NCBI GenBank assembly: GCA_027491395.1
Contig: JAOZFI010000021.1
Location: forward strand, 1 to 13,115
From: Thermoproteota archaeon
GTDB lineage: Archaea > Korarchaeota > Korarchaeia > Korarchaeales > Korarchaeaceae
Direction: 5' to 3'
DNA length: 13,115 nt
A program made the position numbers and the translations under genes. Shown in pieces: positions 1-6,560 of this stretch (position 1 is the first letter of the stretch; every line of letters starts with the position of its first letter). A model generated the notes under the pieces. The model saw nothing but the letters and a program-made list of their open reading frames with translations, was not told the DNA's origin and did not search any database.

Positions 1-259
1 AGACCTCGCTGCTCTCCTTCAGCCTGATGACGAACCTCGTCGTCCTCTCGCATGCCCTCCTCAAGCCACTCAGGTCCACTCCCGCCTTCCTGAGGGGACG
101 GAGCAACTCATCACTAAGATCGGTACCGACCCTAGAAACAACCTTGGCTACAAGCCCCAAGCCAGCGGCGAAGGCTGATCCATAAGAGACACCTCCGCCC
201 AGTCGAACGAGCCCGTCCAGCTCGTCCACGGTGATGTGACCCACAGCTACGTAGTCCAT
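1..259 (-). CDS. PfkB/ribokinase-family carbohydrate kinase, N-terminal part (runs off the left edge)
   Basis: Not in the ORF track. Manual translation from ATG at 259: MDYVAVGHITVDELDGLVRLGGGVSYGSAFAAGLGLVAKVVSRVGTDLSDELLRPLRKAGVDLSGLRRACERTTRFVIRLKESSEV. It has the PfkB N-terminal pattern (VGhitvD ... GG ... G ... vsrVGxD ... GVD). The frame is open to the window edge. Confidence 0.85.
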   Translation of the reverse strand, partial: MDYVAVGHITVDELDGLVRLGGGVSYGSAFAAGLGLVAKVVSRVGTDLSDELLRPLRKAGVDLSGLRRACERTTRFVIRLKESSEV

Positions 260-280
260 CGGAATCTGGCGAGGATGGAG

Positions 281-335
281 CTAATTACTGTTACCCTGCG
301 ACGAGAGCCGAATCATACTTTTAGGGATGACCCTC
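281..335. promoter_or_regulatory. Divergent promoter region for pfkB and the methyltransferase (probably leaderless transcripts)
   Basis: On the minus strand, TAATTAG (287-281) lies about 25 nt before ATG 259. On the plus strand, TTTTAGG (319-325) lies about 25 nt before GTG 347. Neither start has an obvious SD. Confidence 0.45.
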
Positions 336-346
336 GACTCCTCGAT

Positions 347-2233
347 GTGAAAAACCTCCTGCTCCACGGGGATGTGTACGCTGCCCTGAAGAAGGTCCCT
401 TCGGGATCCGTGAAACTGGCCGTGACGTCACCGCCATACTGGAAACAGCGGGACTACGGTTTCGAGGGACAGATAGGCCAAGAGAGGACTCCTGAGGATT
501 ACATAGGGAGGTTGGCCGCGATATTCGATCTGTTGAGGGATAAACTTACTCCCGACGGTGTGTTCTTCCTCAACGTTGGGGACAAGTACCTCCCGAAGTA
601 CGGTAAATCGCACCTCCTCCAGATACCCTACAGGCTGGCTGGGGAGATGGTAAGGAGGGGATGGTACCTCCAAGACATCATCATCTGGTACAAGATCAAC
701 CACATGCCTTCCCCAGCCAGGGACAGGTTCACGAACACCTACGAGCCCGTGCTCGTGCTCACCAAGTCTAGGAACAGCGAGTACAGGGGCGGAAGCTCGG
801 TGATCAAGGTCAGGCTGGAGCAGACGCCTTGGAAGCATACGGCCGTCTTCCCTGAAGGATTGGTGAGGGAACTGATCAGAAGGGTGAGGTTGAGGGAAGG
901 CGACGTTGTCTTAGATCCTTTCGCCGGTACCGGGACTGTAGCTGCCGTTCTAGAGGAAATGGATGTAGAAGCCAAGTGGATCATGATAGAGAGGGGCGAG
1001 GAGTTCGTCGAGATCATCAGGCATAGGGTGAGGGACTTCGAGGAGGTGCGAGTTGGCGAGGAGAGCTACCGATGGGAGCCCGCTGGCCATGTGGATCTCC
1101 CGGCTGTGGATCCAGTGGTGCTGAGGAGCGATCCTAGAGGAGAGATTCACGTGGCCTCCAACAGCTCCGATTTCGCCTCAGTACTCAGGGGCATGACCAC
1201 CGAGGAGTTCCTATCTAGCCACAGGGAGGACGCCCTCTTCCTACTAGGGGTCAGGGAGTGGGGATTGGGAGATCTCTGCCTTCCATCTGCGATGCTAAAG
1301 TACGGGTACGTCCTCCGGAACATGGTAGTCGTCTCTCAAGGCGGGAAGTGGTTTCCTGTCTTCGTGATGGCTAGGGATACCAAGAGGGTCAGCTACAGGT
1401 TCAACTTGGATGCTCTTAGAGCCCCACCCAAGACTGAGGAGAGATACAGGGCGGACCCCATAGGGATGGAGGTCAAAGATTCGGTATCCAAGGTCAGGAG
1501 GAGGGGAACCGTTGCTAATGTGTTGAGCAGATACGAGGACGGTTTCGTCAGGGAGGTTGAGGTCGAGTGGTCGGACGGGTCCCTCACGAAGGAGTTCGTC
1601 CTGCACCCCAGATCCGAGGCTAGGGTTGAGCTGAAGTGTCCCCTGTGCGGCGCACCCTTGGAGTTCGACCCTCTCAACGGCAGGTGTCCCAACTGCGGCT
1701 CCCAGCTATGGACGAGCGTAGAAACGTTGCCTGAGCTAGAGGTTGAGGTGATCCCTCCAACATCCTCAGTCAGGCTGGTCAGGGGGACGAACGGATCCGT
1801 GAACAGCAAGTTCCCCGGACTGGAGAGGATCAACTGGGGAGCATCTCCTGGGGCAAGAAAGATCGTCATAGGCGACTATTTCGTTAGGGGAAGGCTCTTC
1901 AAGGTGGATCAGCCGATAGCAGCCCTATACCTGAACGTCTTGAGGAGGGAGAGAGGGCTGAGGGTTAGGGATGTAGTGGATGCCTTCTCCTCCTCCTACA
2001 GGCACACCGTCGGCCACTGGTTCAGGAGGGACTTTGGGGGATCTCTACCCCTCATGGAGGATCTGGGAGTTCTGAGAGGGCTGCTCGGTCCCCACGAGAT
2101 ATTCGACGTGCTGGGGAGAACCTGTCTCAGGTACTCGACCGTGAGACCCCATCCCAAGGGGAGGAATCCCGGGGATTACTTGGAGATGAGTGAGGAGGAG
2201 GTTGTAGAGTATTTGGGAAGGCTTTTCAGGTAG
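347..2233 (+). CDS. Beta-class N4-cytosine/N6-adenine methyltransferase fused to a degenerate second MTase domain carrying SH3-like, Zn-ribbon and HTH modules (about 628 aa)
   Basis: Motif IV TSPPY (425-439), motif X HTAVFP (from 836) and motif I DPFAGTGT (914-937) occur in beta-class order; SPPY is typical of m4C enzymes. The C-terminal half has YRFNLDALRAP, CPLC-x12-CPNC, an HTH-like segment and GRNPGDY. Start moved from 236 to GTG 347 because 236 overlaps the pfkB gene and the MTase fold begins at NLLLHGD. Confidence 0.88.
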   Translation: MKNLLLHGDVYAALKKVPSGSVKLAVTSPPYWKQRDYGFEGQIGQERTPEDYIGRLAAIFDLLRDKLTPDGVFFLNVGDKYLPKYGKSHLLQIPYRLAGEMVRRGWYLQDIIIWYKINHMPSPARDRFTNTYEPVLVLTKSRNSEYRGGSSVIKVRLEQTPWKHTAVFPEGLVRELIRRVRLREGDVVLDPFAGTGTVAAVLEEMDVEAKWIMIERGEEFVEIIRHRVRDFEEVRVGEESYRWEPAGHVDLPAVDPVVLRSDPRGEIHVASNSSDFASVLRGMTTEEFLSSHREDALFLLGVREWGLGDLCLPSAMLKYGYVLRNMVVVSQGGKWFPVFVMARDTKRVSYRFNLDALRAPPKTEERYRADPIGMEVKDSVSKVRRRGTVANVLSRYEDGFVREVEVEWSDGSLTKEFVLHPRSEARVELKCPLCGAPLEFDPLNGRCPNCGSQLWTSVETLPELEVEVIPPTSSVRLVRGTNGSVNSKFPGLERINWGASPGARKIVIGDYFVRGRLFKVDQPIAALYLNVLRRERGLRVRDVVDAFSSSYRHTVGHWFRRDFGGSLPLMEDLGVLRGLLGPHEIFDVLGRTCLRYSTVRPHPKGRNPGDYLEMSEEEVVEYLGRLFR

Positions 2234-2240
2234 CTTCGCA

Positions 2241-2732
2241 TCACACCTCTCTACCCGTTCTCCTCCTCAGCTCCTCGTACCACTCAGGGTAACTGGGTCT
2301 TTCCACCAGTCTTGAGATCGTATAAGGCTTTATGTCAAGTACGGGCGTTCCATCGAAGGCATCCAGCCCCGAGACTAGGAGCCTGTGACCCTCAATACCC
2401 TCTAGCCTCACCACGTGAAGGCCTATGGGATTGGGCCTGTGGGGGGAATCTGACGCGAACACCCCGACCTCTGGCAGCTCTTCTAGGGATAGTCCGAACC
2501 TCACCAGCCTCCTTGGCCTGACCACGAGCACCTTCCTCTGCTCCTCCGAGACCCTGTGTAAGCAGGTGATGAGTATCAAGTGGGAGAATCCCTCAATGCC
2601 TTTGAGACCCCCAGAGAACTCGGAGAAAACCTCTACGTATCCTTTAACCCCCTCATAGCTTGACTTTACCTCCTCATCGCCAGCATCGGTCCTGATAACG
2701 CCTATGGGCCTGAAGCGGCAGGGATCGGACAT
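2241..2732 (-). CDS. tsaA: TsaA/TrmO (YaeB/AF0241-like) SAM-binding beta-barrel protein, single-domain form
   Basis: Family motifs RPIGVIR, GIEGFSHLIL, GVFASDSPHRPNPIGL and LDAFDGTPVLDIKPY. SD GGAGG lies upstream of the ATG. Confidence 0.9.
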   Translation of the reverse strand: MSDPCRFRPIGVIRTDAGDEEVKSSYEGVKGYVEVFSEFSGGLKGIEGFSHLILITCLHRVSEEQRKVLVVRPRRLVRFGLSLEELPEVGVFASDSPHRPNPIGLHVVRLEGIEGHRLLVSGLDAFDGTPVLDIKPYTISRLVERPSYPEWYEELRRRTGREV

Positions 2733-2761
2733 GGTGTCACATCCTCCGATGGTGCAAGGGA

Positions 2762-2827
2762 CTAGAGGATTTTACCCTATTTGGTGGCTCATCATTTTTA
2801 GGAGTAGGGTTCACCCTCTAGAGGTGA
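2762..2827. promoter_or_regulatory. Divergent tsaA/acnA control region with the acnA SD
   Basis: TTTTTAGG at 2795-2802, SD GAGGTGA at 2821-2827, and an imperfect inverted repeat spanning 2762-2821. Confidence 0.5.
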
Positions 2828-2832
2828 TCGAT

Positions 2833-5583
2833 TTGGCGGACATCAACCCCTCCGATCTTGTCGATTACATGGATGTCAACTCGGGAAAGGCCAAGTTCTG
2901 GAGCCTCCGCCACTTGGAGGAGGAAGGGATGGTCGAGGTCAGCAGACTACCGTACAGCATAAGGATACTGCTGGAGAACGTCCTGAGGAATTACGATGGG
3001 CACGTGGTCAGGGGAGAGGATGTCGAGAAGGTCGCCCTATGGGAGGAGAAGCAGGGCAAGACCGAAATCCCGTTCATGCCCGCCAGGATAGTCATGCAGG
3101 ACTTCACCGGGGTGCCAGCTGTCGTCGACCTCGCAGCCATGAGGGATGCAATGAGGGAGCTGGGAGGGGATCCGGGAAAGGTCAATCCTCTGATACCGGC
3201 CGACTTGATAATCGATCACAGTGTGCAGGTGGACTTCTTCGGGACCCTATACGCCCTAGCCAAGAACATGGAGCTTGAGTTCGAGAGGAACAAGGAGAGG
3301 TATAACCTGCTGAAGTGGGCCCAGAAGGCTTTCTCCAACTTCAGGGTCGTACCTCCGGGGAGGGGGATAATTCACCAAGTGAACCTCGAGTACCTAGCTA
3401 AGGTCGTTCACCTCAGGGAGTTCAGGGGCGAGCCCACCCTCTACCCAGACTCCGTCCTAGGAACTGACAGCCATACAACCATGATAAACGGGCTGGGCGT
3501 CATGGGGTGGGGGGTAGGTGGCATAGAGGCCGAGGCGGCGATGCTTGGGCAGCCCTATTACATGGTCCTCCCTGAGGTAATAGGGGTCAAGCTAGTAGGA
3601 GAGCTACCGGAAGGGGCGACCCCCACGGATCTGGTTCTCACGATCACCGAGATCCTCAGGAAGAGGGGTGTGGTAGGTAAGTTCGTGGAGTACTTCGGGC
3701 CTGGCGTGGAGAAGCTCAGCGTCCCCGACAGGGCAACCATAGCGAACATGAGTCCAGAGTACGGGGCTACGATGGGGTTCTTCCCGGTCGACGAGGCCAC
3801 ACTCAACTTCCTCCTGCGCACCGGCAGGGACCCCTCGCATGTGGAACTGGTGGAGAGGTATACCAAGGCGAACATGTTGTTCAGGGAGCCCGGATCTCCA
3901 GAGCCCGTGTACAGCGATGTCGTTGAGGTGGATATGAATCAAGTTGAGCCGAGCATATCGGGACCGAGTCATCCGGAGGACAGGATACCACTCAAGGAGG
4001 CGAAGGAGAGGTTCCTGAAGATACTGAAAGCGTACTTAGAGGCCTTGGGTTATCATGTGGAGACGGAGGAACATGCCGCCTACGCCTCAGAGGGAGGACC
4101 CAGTCCCTCAGGCGAATCAGCAGCAGAGGGAGTACCCATCACCTTGGAGGGGGAAGAGGTCCTCCTGAAGCACGGGAGCGTCATCATTGCGGCGATAACC
4201 AGCTGTACCAACACCAGCAACCCCACCGTGATGCTCGGCGCCGGCCTGCTCGCGAAGAAGGCGGTGGAGAGGGGGCTGAGGACCAAGCCATGGGTGAAGA
4301 CCAGCTTGGCGCCTGGGAGCAGGGTGGTAACAGACTACCTCAGGCAGACGGGCCTGCTTCCCTACCTAGAGGCCCTGAGGTTCCACGTCGTGGGTTACGG
4401 ATGCACCACCTGCATAGGGAACAGCGGTCCTCTCCGCCCCGAGGTGGAGAGAGCTGTAAGGGAACACGACCTGTACGCCGTCTCAGTGCTCAGTGGGAAC
4501 AGGAACTTCAGTGGGAGGATCCATCCACTTTCGAGGGGTAACTTCCTGGCGAGCCCGCCCCTCGTAGTCGCTTACGCCATAGCTGGCAGGATGGACGTGG
4601 ACCTCACTAGGGAGCCCCTCGCCTATGACCCCAACGGACAGCCGGTCTACCTCAAAGACATATGGCCCACTCAGGAGGAACTGAAGGACGCCGTGGAGCG
4701 CGCCCTAGATCCTGAACTCTTCAGGGAGAAGTACAGGGATGTCTTCAAGGGAGACGAGAAGTGGGAATCCCTCCAAGCCCCCAGCGGTGACCTCTATTCT
4801 TGGGATCCGAGGAGCACCTACATCAAGAAGCCCCCGTTCTTCGAGGGAATGGGCTTGGAGCCCCCTGAGCCGAAGGACATAAGGGGAGCTAGAGTTCTGG
4901 CCCTGTTCGGTGACAGGGTTACCACGGACCACATAAGCCCTGCTGGCGCTATACCAGTCGAGAGTCCTGCTGGAAAGTACCTGATCGAGCATGGAGTTAA
5001 GCCGGAGGAGTTCAACACCTTCGGCAGCAGGAGGGGCAATCACGAGGTCATGAACCGTGGATGCTTTAGCAATGTCAGGATAAGGAACCTGCTGGTGGAA
5101 GAGGAAGGAGGAAAGACCGTCTACTGGCCCACGGGAGAGAAGATGTGGATATACGATGCGGCCATGAGGTACAGGGAGCAGGGCACGCCCCTCATAGTCA
5201 TAGCGGGGAAACAGTACGGAACAGGGAGCAGCAGGGACTGGGCGGCCAAGTGCACCGCTCTGCTCGGGGTGAAGGCGGTCATAGCCGAGAGCTTTGAGAG
5301 GATCCACAGGAGCAACTTGGTGGGGATGGGCGTTCTGCCGCTTCAGTTCATGGAGGGCGATAGCTGGCGTAGCTTGGGGCTGAGAGGAGACGAGGTCTAC
5401 GACATACTGGGGATAGAGGAGGGGCTGGAGCCCGGGAAGGTGCTGACCGTGAGGGCTACCAAGCCGGATGGGAGCGTGGTGGAGTTCAAGGTGAGGGCGA
5501 GGCTCGACACCCATGTGGAGGTGGAGTACTACAAGCATGGCGGCATACTGCAGTACGTCCTGAGGAGGATGCTGAAGTCATGA
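2833..5583 (+). CDS. acnA: Aconitate hydratase A (AcnA/IRP1 family), about 916 aa
   Basis: Motifs LPYSIRILLEN, QDFTGVPAVVDLAAMR, DHSVQVD, GTDSHTT, NRNF and GSSRDWAAK. The [4Fe-4S] ligands are in ITSCTNTSNP (Cys at 4204) and GYGCTTCIGNSG (Cys at 4402 and 4411). Likely start is TTG 2833, 5 nt after GAGGTGA; the track start at 2704 overlaps tsaA. Confidence 0.97.
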   Translation: MADINPSDLVDYMDVNSGKAKFWSLRHLEEEGMVEVSRLPYSIRILLENVLRNYDGHVVRGEDVEKVALWEEKQGKTEIPFMPARIVMQDFTGVPAVVDLAAMRDAMRELGGDPGKVNPLIPADLIIDHSVQVDFFGTLYALAKNMELEFERNKERYNLLKWAQKAFSNFRVVPPGRGIIHQVNLEYLAKVVHLREFRGEPTLYPDSVLGTDSHTTMINGLGVMGWGVGGIEAEAAMLGQPYYMVLPEVIGVKLVGELPEGATPTDLVLTITEILRKRGVVGKFVEYFGPGVEKLSVPDRATIANMSPEYGATMGFFPVDEATLNFLLRTGRDPSHVELVERYTKANMLFREPGSPEPVYSDVVEVDMNQVEPSISGPSHPEDRIPLKEAKERFLKILKAYLEALGYHVETEEHAAYASEGGPSPSGESAAEGVPITLEGEEVLLKHGSVIIAAITSCTNTSNPTVMLGAGLLAKKAVERGLRTKPWVKTSLAPGSRVVTDYLRQTGLLPYLEALRFHVVGYGCTTCIGNSGPLRPEVERAVREHDLYAVSVLSGNRNFSGRIHPLSRGNFLASPPLVVAYAIAGRMDVDLTREPLAYDPNGQPVYLKDIWPTQEELKDAVERALDPELFREKYRDVFKGDEKWESLQAPSGDLYSWDPRSTYIKKPPFFEGMGLEPPEPKDIRGARVLALFGDRVTTDHISPAGAIPVESPAGKYLIEHGVKPEEFNTFGSRRGNHEVMNRGCFSNVRIRNLLVEEEGGKTVYWPTGEKMWIYDAAMRYREQGTPLIVIAGKQYGTGSSRDWAAKCTALLGVKAVIAESFERIHRSNLVGMGVLPLQFMEGDSWRSLGLRGDEVYDILGIEEGLEPGKVLTVRATKPDGSVVEFKVRARLDTHVEVEYYKHGGILQYVLRRMLKS

Positions 5584-5599
5584 GGGTCGATTCTGTGCA

Positions 5600-5641
5600 T
5601 CTCCTTCTCTTCTCGCATCAATTTCTTTTCTTTCCTTTTCC
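5600..5641 (+). terminator. Pyrimidine/oligo-T tract terminator after acnA
   Basis: TCTCCTTCTCTTCTC...TTTCTTTTCTTTCCTTTTCC lies directly downstream of the stop, as is typical of archaeal terminators. Confidence 0.65.
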
Positions 5642-5724
5642 ACTCGAGGTTGCGGTGCTTGCGTGGAAGCGTCCTTAGTAAGGGGAAGCGAACTAATGTG
5701 TCCTACTTTTACCTTTTATGGGCA

Positions 5725-5748
5725 TATAACTTAACTTTTTAAGTTGTA
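5725..5748 (+). promoter_or_regulatory. TATA box embedded in an inverted repeat upstream of the membrane protein gene
   Basis: TTTTTAAG (5736-5743) ends about 22 nt before ATG 5765. The repeat AACTTAA-CTTT-TTAAGTT spans 5728-5745. Confidence 0.55.
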
Positions 5749-5764
5749 ACACCGTTTCATTTTC

Positions 5765-6535
5765 ATGATGGTAGAGGAAAACGTTTCTGAATTGAATGTA
5801 AGAAATGGTAAGAGTTCCTTGGTAGAGGGGATGCGGGCCGTGAGGGTGGGTGCCCTTCTCGGCTCGATAGCGTGGGCCTCGGAGCTGGCAGATGGTATCC
5901 TCCTCACCTTCATTCTCATGTCCTTCGTTCACACCTCCCTGACCATGCCCACCTGGCTGGAGGACCTTGTAGGTCCGCTAACGGGGCTAATAGGAGCAAC
6001 TATACTTGTGCTCATTATCATAGCACTCCTTAACTTCTACAAAGGAGCCTCGCATCTCAGGAGATTCGATTCCCGCCTAGATGTGGGCAGGATAGGAGTT
6101 CTCCTTATAGTCGGCGGCGTACTCGTATCGCTTCTGGGTAGCTGGATCGCGATAATGGCAATTAATGCGGCCGATGGAAGCGGGCAAGAAAGTGTGCCCC
6201 CGGCTCTAACGCTGTCTATGAAAGGGGTAACAATTGCAGGATCCGTAATGATCGTGGGCAGCCTCCTCTTCGCGGCCATGATATTAAGGCTCTCCAAGGA
6301 GGGGTTGGGTTGGGGATTCGGGATTGGTGGCCTTCTCTACTTGGCTAAGGAGGTTCTCAGGACCCTCACCACATTGGGTCTGAGGGTGATCCTGTCGACT
6401 GATGTTATATCCTTCCTAGGGGGGACACTAGGATTTACCTCTATGCTTCTGATATATCGGAGCAGCGGGAATTTCCTTAAGGGACTTCATTCCGAGGGAG
6501 CCCCCGTAGAGATGGTCAAACCCGTGATGAGGTAA
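5765..6535 (+). CDS. Polytopic membrane protein, DUF973-like
   Basis: About 6 hydrophobic helices. Segments LVEGMRAVRVGALL and FYKGASHLRRFDSRLDVGRIGVLLIVGG resemble the archaeal DUF973 pattern (from recollection, not searched). Confidence 0.65.
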   Translation: MMVEENVSELNVRNGKSSLVEGMRAVRVGALLGSIAWASELADGILLTFILMSFVHTSLTMPTWLEDLVGPLTGLIGATILVLIIIALLNFYKGASHLRRFDSRLDVGRIGVLLIVGGVLVSLLGSWIAIMAINAADGSGQESVPPALTLSMKGVTIAGSVMIVGSLLFAAMILRLSKEGLGWGFGIGGLLYLAKEVLRTLTTLGLRVILSTDVISFLGGTLGFTSMLLIYRSSGNFLKGLHSEGAPVEMVKPVMR

Positions 6536-6545
6536 AAAGATAAGG
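6534..6545 (-). terminator. Oligo-T terminator of the creatininase-family gene
   Basis: Minus-strand CTTATCTTTTT, with T5 at 6538-6534, lies about 20 nt after the stop and overlaps the stop of the convergent gene. Confidence 0.4.
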
Positions 6546-6560
6546 TGATAGGTGTTGTAA

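Noticed and set aside
236-346. N-terminal 37 codons of the 665-aa ORF
   Set aside because: They overlap the start of the opposite-strand pfkB gene and the divergent promoter. GTG 347 fits the MTase fold and the TATA spacing.
1376-2158. Possible intein or nuclease domain within the methyltransferase
   Set aside because: No intein splice-junction residues (terminal His-Asn followed by Cys/Ser/Thr) and no LAGLIDADG, HNH or convincing PD-(D/E)xK motif were seen.
2704-2832. 43-codon N-terminal extension of aconitase
   Set aside because: It overlaps tsaA and the promoter, and a strong SD precedes TTG 2833.
4705-5538. 277-aa antisense ORF and the many other short track ORFs
   Set aside because: These are shadow frames of well-supported genes, produced by codon bias, with no recognisable motifs or start signals.
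5591-5599. TTCTGTGCA shared with 12153-12161
   Set aside because: A single 9-mer match is expected by chance, and the partner arm of the repeat is absent here.
5638-5683. Weak TTCCAC/GTGGAA stem and CCTTA-G-TAAGG palindrome after acnA
   Set aside because: The stems are short, with no tRNA, C/D box or IRE (CAGUGN loop) signature.
5693-5932. Minus-strand 79-aa and 62-aa ORFs
   Set aside because: They overlap the membrane-protein gene and its promoter and show no protein-like features.
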